Origin: Verrucomicrobiales bacterium
Lineage (GTDB): Bacteria > Verrucomicrobiota > Verrucomicrobiia > Verrucomicrobiales > DEV007
DNA: 64,000 bases
Direction of reading: 5' to 3'
NCBI GenBank assembly: GCA_965224685.1
Contig: CBDDAB010000016.1
Span: 6,426-70,425 of the forward strand
Shown: piece after piece, positions 18,301-25,935 of the stretch
How the letters are laid out: each line of letters starts with the position of its first letter
How positions within the stretch are numbered: position 1 is the stretch's first letter
The notes under the pieces: model-generated
The model's input: the letters and a program-made list of their open reading frames with translations, nothing else
The model's database searches: none
What the model was told of the DNA's origin: nothing
Made by a program: the position numbers and the translations under genes

Positions 18301-21144
18301 ACGAGACACACCACCCGGCCGGGAGATGGGTTCCCCAATCATGGTTTGAGTTGTCAAATCCCAAAGTCTGGCCACGCCCGGCAAGTAGGGACGTTCCGCG
18401 GTGCCGGTTAACAAACGTGTGCCGTCCGGGCTGATCGTGGCATCGTTCACGGGGCGTTCATGCGTTAGGATCCATTCTGCTTCACCGGTCTTGGTATGCC
18501 ACAGCTTCACCGTCTTGTCCGAAGACCAGGAAAGAAGACGATCGGCAGTGGGATAATCGCTTACGCCTTTGATCGTGCCATCGTGTTGCATCATGGGAGA
18601 CACCGGCCGCCCGCTCTCGATCTCAAACACACGCATGTAGCGGCCGTGCGCAAACAACAGATGCCGGCGATCGTCATCGAAGACGATGGAGCTGTATAGC
18701 GTATCCTGATCCGGTAAGCGGCACTCGGATACCATTTGACCACTATCAATATCCCATATCCTAGCAATACTCTCGCGCCAATACGAACAAGCAACGTAGC
18801 GGTTGTCCGGAGAAATCCGCACATCCTTCGCGTCGACGATCGGCTGCTGCTCCATCTTTCTAATAAGCTTGCCACTAGGCAAATCCCAAAGCATCACTTG
18901 GCCCAGGCCGGTGGACACGGCAATGGTCTTGCCATCCGGGCCGATGACAAAGTCTTCGTGATCGGAATCGAGTTTCAGTTCATGCAATAAGGTGCCGGTG
19001 GAGGAGTCGAATACGCGGAGATAAGGATCCCATAGATGGTCACTGCCGGGTCTCGCATTCCGGGAGAACAGAATCTTGCTGCCGTCTGGGGAATAGGCCA
19101 CGCGTCCATGGTGAGGGATGGTGTAAGCTGGAATGGCCCAATGATGTGACGCCAGGGTATCAAGCAAGCGCGTGGCAGCAGAGCTTTTGTCAGGACGCGT
19201 CCGCAACGCTCGGGCCAAGTGAGCCACGGCCAGTGACGGTTGATTCTCTTTGAGGAGCGAGGTCGCATGGGTGAAATCCGCCCGGCTAAACAACCGTCGA
19301 CCCCGAGCTTCGCTCTCTTCGGTTAAGCGCGCTTGTTTATCTGCCAGGAAGTAAAGAATGCTACTAACAATCGTGCCGGCAATAAGCACGCCGAGGCCCG
19401 CCAAAGCCGCTAGGGTAAACGCCTTATTCCTGCGGTAAAACTTACCGGTAACGTAGGTGAGACTGGGCGGTCTGGCTAAGACTGCTTCGTTTTCCAAATA
19501 ACGCTGCACGTCATCGGCGAACTCACTAACAGAGCCATAGCGTTGCGAAGGTTCTTTGCGCAATGCCTTCATCACAATCCAATCGAGATCGCCTCGCAAG
19601 TCCCCGGCCCGAATCGCGGTGGGCTCCGCTTGCTGACTAAGACGGTCACTGGGTTTGAGCGGATCACGCTCGCGGATCTGCTTGAGCACGTCGTCTAACG
19701 GAGTCGTATCGATTTCATCGCGGTCCACCGGAGTGGTTCCCGTGAGCAATTCGTAGAGGATGCAGCCTAACGAATAGATATCCGACCGCGTATCCGTGGC
19801 GCGGCGGTCGATGCAAGCCTGCTCCGGACTCATGTAATTCGGCGTGCCCAGGATCTGAGCCGCGCGCGTATGTAGTGGTTGATCTGTTAAAAAAGCCTCT
19901 GTCGCTTTGGCGATGCCGAAGTCGATCACCTTCACTTTGGCATTCGCCGGAGACGTATTTTCATCAACCGGCTCCACGAGAATATTGCTCGGTTTGAGAT
20001 CGCGATGAATGATTCCGCGCTGATGCGCGTGCTGGAGCCCCTCACCCACTTCTTTGAAAAGCACCAAACGTTCACGGCAGTCTAACTGATGCGCTTCACA
20101 GTACTCGGTGATGGGTAAGCCATCAGCGAGTTCCATGGCGAAAAATGGCCGGCCTTTCTCGGTCTCGCCCGCATCAAAAATAGTGGCAATGCGCGGATCA
20201 TCTAGCATCGCCAAAGCCTGTCTCTCGGCTTCAAATCGGGAAAACACCTCCCGGCCGTCCATTCCCGGTTTCAGGATCTTAAGTGCCACTTGACGTCTCA
20301 CCGGATGGGTTTGTTTGGCGAGGTAGACGATGCCAAATCCCCCCTCACCAAGTTTTCGAAGAATCTGGTAGCCTGGTACCACATCGTTGAGAGTGGCCAA
20401 GGTGGCCTCGTCAGTGGATGCTTTCTTTCGGGCACCTGCATCGTCTCGGGCTGAACCTGTGAGCAAGGTTTGGACTAACAAGCTCAAACTCGAATGCTCA
20501 CGGGAAACGGTGGACTTGGCCGCGGGCGCCTCTTCCTCCTCTCCTCTTGGCAGGCGATGCGCGCCGAGGTCTTGCAGTTTCGCAACATTCTGATGAGAGA
20601 TGACGATGCCTTCCGCTCGGACCTCGAGATTCACTCCGGAACTCTCCGCATACTCGACGATCTCACAGATATCCCGTACGTAACGAATCGCTTTGCTCGA
20701 ATCGATGGCATTCCGCTGAATCAGATCGGCCAAGCAGGCGCCCGGCACGGCTTCCATGGCCACATAAACGAATCCACCACGCTCCCCGTATTCTAGCATC
20801 GTGGCGATGTTTGAATGGCTAAGCTGGGAGGCGCGTTCTAACTGTGCGAGGATCTTGTCTAACGCGGAATCGAAAAGGCAAAGCGTGAGGAGAATGGCCT
20901 TGCCCTCGGCGTTTGCTTGATAAACAAGGCTTTCACTTTCCCGGCGGTCTAAATGATCGATCTCGTATTCGGGAAAGAGTTCCCGCACTTCATCAAGCGT
21001 GATGCCTTCTGCTAACCAGTCCTCTTGGGTTTCAATGTCGTCGGCCGGAGGCATCATGCCTCCGGCCAAGCAACTCGCACACCAGCCCTCCTCTCCGGTG
21101 GGGAGTTCGCGGTGACATTGGGGACACTTTGAGTTTTCTGCCAA
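15319..21144 (-). CDS. Giant receptor-like Ser/Thr protein kinase of 1941 aa. Domain order: zinc ribbon, degenerate kinase-like domain, active Hanks-type kinase, one TM helix, WD40 beta-propeller repeats, TPR/HEAT-like helical region, C-terminal galactose-binding-like jelly-roll.
   Basis: N-terminal CPQCHRELPTGEEGWCASC. A kinase-like domain at aa ~50-200 lacks a clear catalytic loop. The canonical kinase spans aa ~257-540 (GEGGFGIVY, VALK, HRDLKPSNIL, DFGIA, GTPNYMSPE). TM helix AFTLAALAGLGVLIAGTIVSSILYF. Many WD-like repeats follow. The C-terminus (NDSYW...LHLNGQEWW...VLAVSVHQ) resembles a GH2 N-terminal / galactose-binding-like domain. Confidence 0.85.
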   Translation of the reverse strand: MAENSKCPQCHRELPTGEEGWCASCLAGGMMPPADDIETQEDWLAEGITLDEVRELFPEYEIDHLDRRESESLVYQANAEGKAILLTLCLFDSALDKILAQLERASQLSHSNIATMLEYGERGGFVYVAMEAVPGACLADLIQRNAIDSSKAIRYVRDICEIVEYAESSGVNLEVRAEGIVISHQNVAKLQDLGAHRLPRGEEEEAPAAKSTVSREHSSLSLLVQTLLTGSARDDAGARKKASTDEATLATLNDVVPGYQILRKLGEGGFGIVYLAKQTHPVRRQVALKILKPGMDGREVFSRFEAERQALAMLDDPRIATIFDAGETEKGRPFFAMELADGLPITEYCEAHQLDCRERLVLFKEVGEGLQHAHQRGIIHRDLKPSNILVEPVDENTSPANAKVKVIDFGIAKATEAFLTDQPLHTRAAQILGTPNYMSPEQACIDRRATDTRSDIYSLGCILYELLTGTTPVDRDEIDTTPLDDVLKQIRERDPLKPSDRLSQQAEPTAIRAGDLRGDLDWIVMKALRKEPSQRYGSVSEFADDVQRYLENEAVLARPPSLTYVTGKFYRRNKAFTLAALAGLGVLIAGTIVSSILYFLADKQARLTEESEARGRRLFSRADFTHATSLLKENQPSLAVAHLARALRTRPDKSSAATRLLDTLASHHWAIPAYTIPHHGRVAYSPDGSKILFSRNARPGSDHLWDPYLRVFDSSTGTLLHELKLDSDHEDFVIGPDGKTIAVSTGLGQVMLWDLPSGKLIRKMEQQPIVDAKDVRISPDNRYVACSYWRESIARIWDIDSGQMVSECRLPDQDTLYSSIVFDDDRRHLLFAHGRYMRVFEIESGRPVSPMMQHDGTIKGVSDYPTADRLLSWSSDKTVKLWHTKTGEAEWILTHERPVNDATISPDGTRLLTGTAERPYLPGVARLWDLTTQTMIGEPISRPGGVSRVIFSADGTKCAVASAISELGDSAVLLLDAWTAEPLTSIYHPRGAQITAIHPSGNQLIISSRHDEAAVWEIKPRAQQPIHIRTKEILWRVNFDGDSDSVLTTAYGGLTQRWNSKTGEPLSDPEAYGPNKVAGLSGIPHSLRNGLHHHFYYEDRYLQSMLGRTYIEGEPVAAAVSDDGETLVTGCKDGALRVWSTMTGTQVRDPIDDLRAPVTALALDRRTTVVAVGYEDGSVELRDFETGQSRGLQAMHESEVSTLSWSPDDHTLASGSIDGMARLWRLTKQPSLSPLLPNEKKVTHLAFSANGKILASGGRSNAAFLWEVETGRQLGEPLRHIDSNSAGLMLSWVNSGKLVTTGSHDDTARVWDPRTSQMLTKPLKHGSMCYAFALRPDASACLMGSRSARVWDLEEGQPLTSFLPHGSDVRSAAFDSTGQRFVTGTWYDGAYVRDLVIPSDPLPNEFVDFAEALGGFRFTEAGVLEQVPAGLLEQSRRHILALEPDSPEIRWMQWLAADPDTRTNSPFSDLTITQYVSQLVKEGSRKSLHEALRHRPHDAGIMAAYAVALATPDHANVSSRQFGKFLAERARKMAPDDLEVQLAYATILAAMGEDRRALLALAPTLLARPEDPLCWHACAGFLEKVGWHVRAVAAYREASKLFGQDVEQSRACDEAINRIRSAYPANKQAIIDDALKTYPNKRSRFLSVLRALTSDNPREAMIEVAAGPRNWTMHGEVALLIAERIGEEGERALANRYRDAGVAALLCSNPLPERREMLSQWLGDDHEEALPLITSDADWAYLDGDPARRPPKDWEQPEFNDSYWSTGLAPLGYGNGNEATILSFGQSASNKPMMACFRINFDWPIHDSQSPPRLRVKFRCDDGMVLHLNGQEWWRYNMPARGSLTSTTPASSIIDREKETRLVEEVLEIPSPLSKKNVLAVSVHQSGRSSSDLALELALFHDTPLAQSLMGRTTVEEIATTLKLTTQERELMRVLLENEQH

Positions 21145-21153
21145 TCGTTTGAA

Positions 21154-21984
21154 TTATCGGTCAAACAAGGCTCGCACATGAGCAAGTTCTTCGTCGAGAT
21201 CAGACGTCCCCCCTAGCGTTTGCATCACTTCATGGCGAAAAAGCTCTCCAAAGCGTTTGCGCAGACGATGAACCTGCATCTTGATGGCTGGTTGCGACGT
21301 ACCCATGACCTTGGCAGCCTCTCCATAGGATTGGGCACCCGGGTTCTGCTGAAGGAAAGGTGAAATCGTTTCAAAGAGCTTCTGCATATCACGCTTGGCG
21401 AACTCTTCCCGCAGACGCTCAATGACCCGCTCCATGAGCGAGAGGGCCCAACGCTTCTCAAAAAGCTCGTCCGGTGTGGTCTTCTCTGCCGGTTCCAAGC
21501 CGTACCAATGTTCGGCTTCGGCATGATTGATCGAAATGATCTGGCGTTTCCCGCCACGCTTCTCAGCCGACGCCCGGCGTCGCTTGTCCGCAACGAATCG
21601 GCGTAACAATGCTAGAAAATAGGAGCGAAGTTTGCCTTTGGTAGGATCCACTTCCGCGAGATGATCCTTTTCCACGAACCACGCGATGAAGTCTTGTGTG
21701 ATATCCTCCGCATCCTCCACGCCGAATCCGCTACGGCGCACGAACGCATAAATCGGTTTCCAGTAGGCGCCACACAAAGTCTCTAACGCTTCTGCCGGAT
21801 CCACCGGTTTCGCTTGGGCCGCTTCCCCGCCTTGCGCACTGATGACCAAACTCCAGCGCGTGCGCGGAAAACTGCTGGGCGTGGAAGTTGCAGGTTCTTC
21901 GGCCACGCCGGTGAGGTTAAGCTGCGTGGCCAGTCGGCTCAACGATTTCTGAGCTTGGGTGTTGGCTGGTAGGACGTCGTTCAC
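21154..21984 (-). CDS. ECF-like sigma-70 factor, of the Planctomycete/Verrucomicrobia-type kinase-associated group.
   Basis: Region 2-like DITQDFIAWFVEK and region 4 HTH (SYGEAAKVMGTSQPAIKMQVHRLRKRF). It ends 10 bp before the start of the giant kinase gene on the same strand. Confidence 0.75.
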   Translation of the reverse strand: MNDVLPANTQAQKSLSRLATQLNLTGVAEEPATSTPSSFPRTRWSLVISAQGGEAAQAKPVDPAEALETLCGAYWKPIYAFVRRSGFGVEDAEDITQDFIAWFVEKDHLAEVDPTKGKLRSYFLALLRRFVADKRRRASAEKRGGKRQIISINHAEAEHWYGLEPAEKTTPDELFEKRWALSLMERVIERLREEFAKRDMQKLFETISPFLQQNPGAQSYGEAAKVMGTSQPAIKMQVHRLRKRFGELFRHEVMQTLGGTSDLDEELAHVRALFDR

Positions 21985-22011
21985 ACTTCACAAATGGCGC
22001 TTCCCAGCTCA

Positions 22012-22044
22012 GGGTAACGAAGAAATCGCCCCCCCGTTGAGGAA
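22012..22044 (-). terminator. Putative intrinsic terminator between the secreted hydrolase gene and the sigma gene.
   Basis: Perfect 9-bp inverted repeat gaaatcgcc / ggcgatttc with a 15-nt loop. A moderately T-rich tail follows on the minus strand. Confidence 0.35.
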
Positions 22045-22084
22045 AGGCGATTTCTCACGCGTTTTAGGAGTTGAAAAACGTGGA

Positions 22085-25000
22085 TTACCGGGCCGCCTCC
22101 ATGGCTTCGAGGCGCTCGATGCGCATCGCCCGCACCCGGACGTAGCCTTCCTCTTCCGGCCGATTGATCTGGATCACCTCTGCGGCGTTCAGACCTGATT
22201 CGATAGTCTGCCACTCACGAAGGTTCTGCGAGAATTCCAAACGATAGAGCGTGTTGGCTTCCCCGCCGGTAAGGCGCAATCGCAGCGATTTCGATCCCGC
22301 ATTCAAGAATTCCAGCGCCAGCTCGCCTTCAGCAGGCGCGGGAATGGCTTCGTGCAAAGACTCCATTGGTGTCAATGCCAGTTGAATGCGATTGAAATCG
22401 ATGGAGCGGATCTGCGTGTCACAAGAGCAGTCGTCGTCACTGCTGATATCCGCGCCACCCGTGTCACCAATGATCTCCATTTGACTGACAAGCCCACCGG
22501 TAATCGACGGTGTGTGCACTTCGCCATCGCCACAGCCACCAATCTCAAATCCCGCCGCACGGCTCACAAAATCGACCGAGGATTCTGTCGACGTGAGGAT
22601 TCCCGCGATCTTCATCCCCGCCGGAGCGGTGTAGAGTTCGTTCACCCAAGTGCCGCGTGTCTCCGACCGATCTCCTCCCGTTTCTCTAGCATTGAAGTCG
22701 ATCACGGCATGGAGCCGGGTCTTGCCTTCATTCAGTTGCAAACGCACCGTCGACTGAATGCGAGGGCCGTTCCCACCGAAGTCGCGGTCGCCACGCACCA
22801 GTTCATTGAGACAAAGAACGCCAACCGACGGAGACAAATGCACGGTCCTCTGCGGACGCGACATGTCGTAGGCCCGGCGTTCACACTTTGCCCACATCTG
22901 ACAGAAATATTCTGCTCCGGAGAACAAACGATCATGTTCGGCCTGGGTCATCCCGGCACTCCGCATGCTTTCCACGTAGTCCGGCAAGAGACCATAGTGC
23001 GCAAAGCCTTCCTCATTGAAATCCCACGTCTTGGTTCCCGTGACGCACTTTGTAAGGTTAGAGCCATAACTGATACGCTCATCCCCGGGTGGTGGACCGG
23101 GAAGTGGATAAAGTCCGTTCACATCGGATCCAAAGGCCACTTGACGATTGCCCATGATTTCACTGGCCGCGCGAAATTGTTCCACGAACTGGCCGGCACC
23201 ATCGCCGTGCCCCACGCCAAAGACGCCTCCCAAGGCGCGGATATTGCGCAATTGATCCACCGTGCGGTCATTCTCCGTTCCATCATCACCACGCAATTGA
23301 TTGTGCCCCGAATTCAAAGGATAATCATTGCGGAAAGCGATGTTCATGGTGTCCGCGACCGCTTTCTCAGACATATGATCAATATCGACCATCATGCCGC
23401 GTTTCATCATATAATCCACCGCATAACGGCCACGATCCGTGAGCCCTAGTGAATTGCGATGACCACCACGGATGCCGGGATCGGCATAGAAGGGATAATT
23501 ATCCGGATTATTCGGCATCACGTGCCCGGGAATAACCGTGCCCGTGAAGTTCATGAGAAACGTTCCCACAAGGGGAAACTCCGCATAAGGAGAGAGCATC
23601 TTGTAAGTGATCCCCGTCGTGCGAGCATCCACGACCTCCGGCAGAAATGGGCTTCCCGTGTTATACTTGTTCGCCACATTAAACTCTGTTTGATAAATGG
23701 CCGCGCCGCCAAAGACGTTATTGGTCACATGAACGGGAAACATATAACGAACGCCCAAGTCGTAAAGACGATCAATCTCCGCGCGCATCTCGGCCTCCGA
23801 TGGAATGGGATTATAAACCCCGCCTTTCTTGTCCACTGGATCGTAGAAATTCCCGATATTATCCATCTCCGATCCAAGGATCACTGCTAGACGACCACTT
23901 CGCACAATGCGATCGAGATCATTCGAAGTGTAGGCGATTTCCATGAAATCGTGATGTCTGCCGATGAATTCTTTCAGTTTCTGAATCTGCAGATTCATGG
24001 AACGCAAGTCATCATTGTAACCGCTAGTCTCCGCGCCATCAGCAATGCAGTGATTGCTCACCGCAAGCGCGACCATCACTCTAAGACCACCATCTTTGGC
24101 ACGGCGAATCCATTCATACCACATCAATTGATGCAATACCGAATCGTGCCGCGGCCAAGAACGGAAATGGGGATAACCCGCTTCCTTCGTATGCGGATCC
24201 AAGTCATCGACCATCGCATTGCGAAAAGCGTTCATTTGATCACAGAAAGCTTCATCGACTGGCAGGACAAAGTTATGAATGCAATTACAAGAACCCAAGG
24301 CAATATGGGGATCGCCGTCGTTGCCGCCGTGAAATAATTCTTCTCCGAAGCCATATTGCGCAACGGGGTGCGTGTGCATATCGATCATTCCATAAAGCGG
24401 CTTACGTTCCACCGGCCCGTTATCGAAAGATCCCTCGTCGACCGACAGCACGTGAAACTTGACGCCTCGTGTCATGGCGGCGCGATCTTCATTCAAAATA
24501 CGCCATTCGCCTTGACTATACCAAACGCCCACATCGTGCCGATTGTAAAAACCGGCCCAATGCTGCGACACCAAGACCACGCGATCTGGATGGTTATTAG
24601 TAGAAGCATGATCAATCGCCGTCCAATTTCCAACCGGCGCAGCGGCTTCAACCAAAGTCGCACGGTCATCGAGGATGACATTGAATTTCGCGTTCTCCGG
24701 CATGGCGGCGAGATCTTGGTTGAAGATGCGCCATATCCCGTCACTTGAATAATAGATCCCTATCGGATGATCATTATAAACGCCCTCCCACCGTTGAGTG
24801 ATCAGAGGACGGGCATTGGGGTTCCCATTCAATTTCGGGTGATCCAATTGCGTGACATTTCGCGTGATGTTTTCAGCAGATGCCGTATGCACAAACGCCG
24901 ACTCGCTCGGCGGTACGACCAAGACATTCACATGGAGATTATCTGGGATCGCTGCGCGATCCTGATTAAAAAGCCGCCATTGCCCTTGGACATAATAAAC

Positions 25001-25234
25001 GCCCAAGGAACTGGGATTATAAGGGCCAAGCGTTCCGAAATCGGGTGTGATCATCACGATCTGATTCGGCTTTCCGTTCAGACTCTCGTGATCGATCACT
25101 GCGGTGTGGCCGCTAGGCGACTCCATAACATAGTTGAATGCCGTTTGCCCCATCAGAGGCACCGACATGACAAAGCACATCGCGGCGCCATAGAACAAAT
25201 GGCGTCGCCGTGCAGACAAAGGTTTCGTATTCAT
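22085..25234 (-). CDS. Secreted 1049-aa protein. It has an N-terminal signal peptide, three tandem ~75-aa repeats, a central M19 membrane-dipeptidase-like (amidohydrolase superfamily) domain and a C-terminal beta-rich region.
   Basis: Signal peptide LFYGAAMCFVMSVPLMGQTA. Three repeats share the pattern IDH..LNG.PN...L.TQ.W.G.YN.H.IG.YYS..G.WRIFNQD.AAMPE..FNV. The central segment (MIDMHTHP, LAVILGSEMD, VDIDHMSEKA, VAFGSDVNGLYPLP) resembles M19 dipeptidase metal-binding motifs (VGIGSDFDG-like). Confidence 0.4.
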   Translation of the reverse strand: MNTKPLSARRRHLFYGAAMCFVMSVPLMGQTAFNYVMESPSGHTAVIDHESLNGKPNQIVMITPDFGTLGPYNPSSLGVYYVQGQWRLFNQDRAAIPDNLHVNVLVVPPSESAFVHTASAENITRNVTQLDHPKLNGNPNARPLITQRWEGVYNDHPIGIYYSSDGIWRIFNQDLAAMPENAKFNVILDDRATLVEAAAPVGNWTAIDHASTNNHPDRVVLVSQHWAGFYNRHDVGVWYSQGEWRILNEDRAAMTRGVKFHVLSVDEGSFDNGPVERKPLYGMIDMHTHPVAQYGFGEELFHGGNDGDPHIALGSCNCIHNFVLPVDEAFCDQMNAFRNAMVDDLDPHTKEAGYPHFRSWPRHDSVLHQLMWYEWIRRAKDGGLRVMVALAVSNHCIADGAETSGYNDDLRSMNLQIQKLKEFIGRHHDFMEIAYTSNDLDRIVRSGRLAVILGSEMDNIGNFYDPVDKKGGVYNPIPSEAEMRAEIDRLYDLGVRYMFPVHVTNNVFGGAAIYQTEFNVANKYNTGSPFLPEVVDARTTGITYKMLSPYAEFPLVGTFLMNFTGTVIPGHVMPNNPDNYPFYADPGIRGGHRNSLGLTDRGRYAVDYMMKRGMMVDIDHMSEKAVADTMNIAFRNDYPLNSGHNQLRGDDGTENDRTVDQLRNIRALGGVFGVGHGDGAGQFVEQFRAASEIMGNRQVAFGSDVNGLYPLPGPPPGDERISYGSNLTKCVTGTKTWDFNEEGFAHYGLLPDYVESMRSAGMTQAEHDRLFSGAEYFCQMWAKCERRAYDMSRPQRTVHLSPSVGVLCLNELVRGDRDFGGNGPRIQSTVRLQLNEGKTRLHAVIDFNARETGGDRSETRGTWVNELYTAPAGMKIAGILTSTESSVDFVSRAAGFEIGGCGDGEVHTPSITGGLVSQMEIIGDTGGADISSDDDCSCDTQIRSIDFNRIQLALTPMESLHEAIPAPAEGELALEFLNAGSKSLRLRLTGGEANTLYRLEFSQNLREWQTIESGLNAAEVIQINRPEEEGYVRVRAMRIERLEAMEAAR

Positions 25235-25531
25235 GGTTACTTCGTTTCTGAGTTCATTGATGGCGTTGAGAACGCACTCGTTTCACCTCGCCTAATGGCC
25301 AACGACGCAACGAAGTAACGAACAATGAGGTGTGGCTTGGCCGTGAACTGAGCAGTTAGGGATTGCGGGCGAGAGGAACGGCGTTCGCGGCGATGAGCGC
25401 CCTGCCACTCACGCGAATATGGGAGCAACGAGTTCCTCTACGTTGACCACCATTCTAAGCACACTCCCGAATTCAGGCTCGACCTGCGGGCGGGGCGAGT
25501 TAACCTATGTCCTCGTAACAATGAGTGACTG

Positions 25532-25855
25532 ATGATAACGATTGCGAGATTCCAAGCCCCTGAGGAGGCGCATTTGTTTAGCGGGTACCTTGAGGCGAAC
25601 GAGATTCCGGCTCACGTATTCGATGAACATACAGTGCAGGTTGCATGGTATTTCAGCAACGCCATCGGCGGCGTGAGAGTTGTCGTAGATGAAGGAAATG
25701 CTGAAGAGGCCAAACATTTGTCCCAAGATTACTTTGAATGTTTATTGGCGGAGCCGAGAATAATCACGGTAGCCAGAGCATGGCCGCTAGTTTTCTTGCT
25801 TTCACTTATTGTGGGGATTCCGACACTCCTCTTCGGCAGACGGACTGCGCAATGA
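25532..25855 (+). CDS. DUF2007-like small protein with a C-terminal TM helix.
   Basis: The N-terminus MITIARFQAPEEAHLFSGYLEANEIPAHVFDEH matches the DUF2007 (putative signal-transducing) pattern. C-terminal hydrophobic helix WPLVFLLSLIVGIPTLLF. Confidence 0.5.
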   Translation: MITIARFQAPEEAHLFSGYLEANEIPAHVFDEHTVQVAWYFSNAIGGVRVVVDEGNAEEAKHLSQDYFECLLAEPRIITVARAWPLVFLLSLIVGIPTLLFGRRTAQ

Positions 25856-25935
25856 GTTCGGTTACCGGATGGTCGCCGGCACTACAGGATTACCGATCAG
25901 TCTCTGCGCAAGGGGCTTGAATTCGGTGAATGGCT

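Noticed and set aside
22352-25318. Long plus-strand ORFs (365, 143, 128, 130, 183 aa) opposite the 1049-aa secreted protein gene.
   Set aside because: They are antisense to a gene with a signal peptide, internal repeats and conserved metal-binding motifs. Their translations are His/Arg/Ile-rich and low-complexity.
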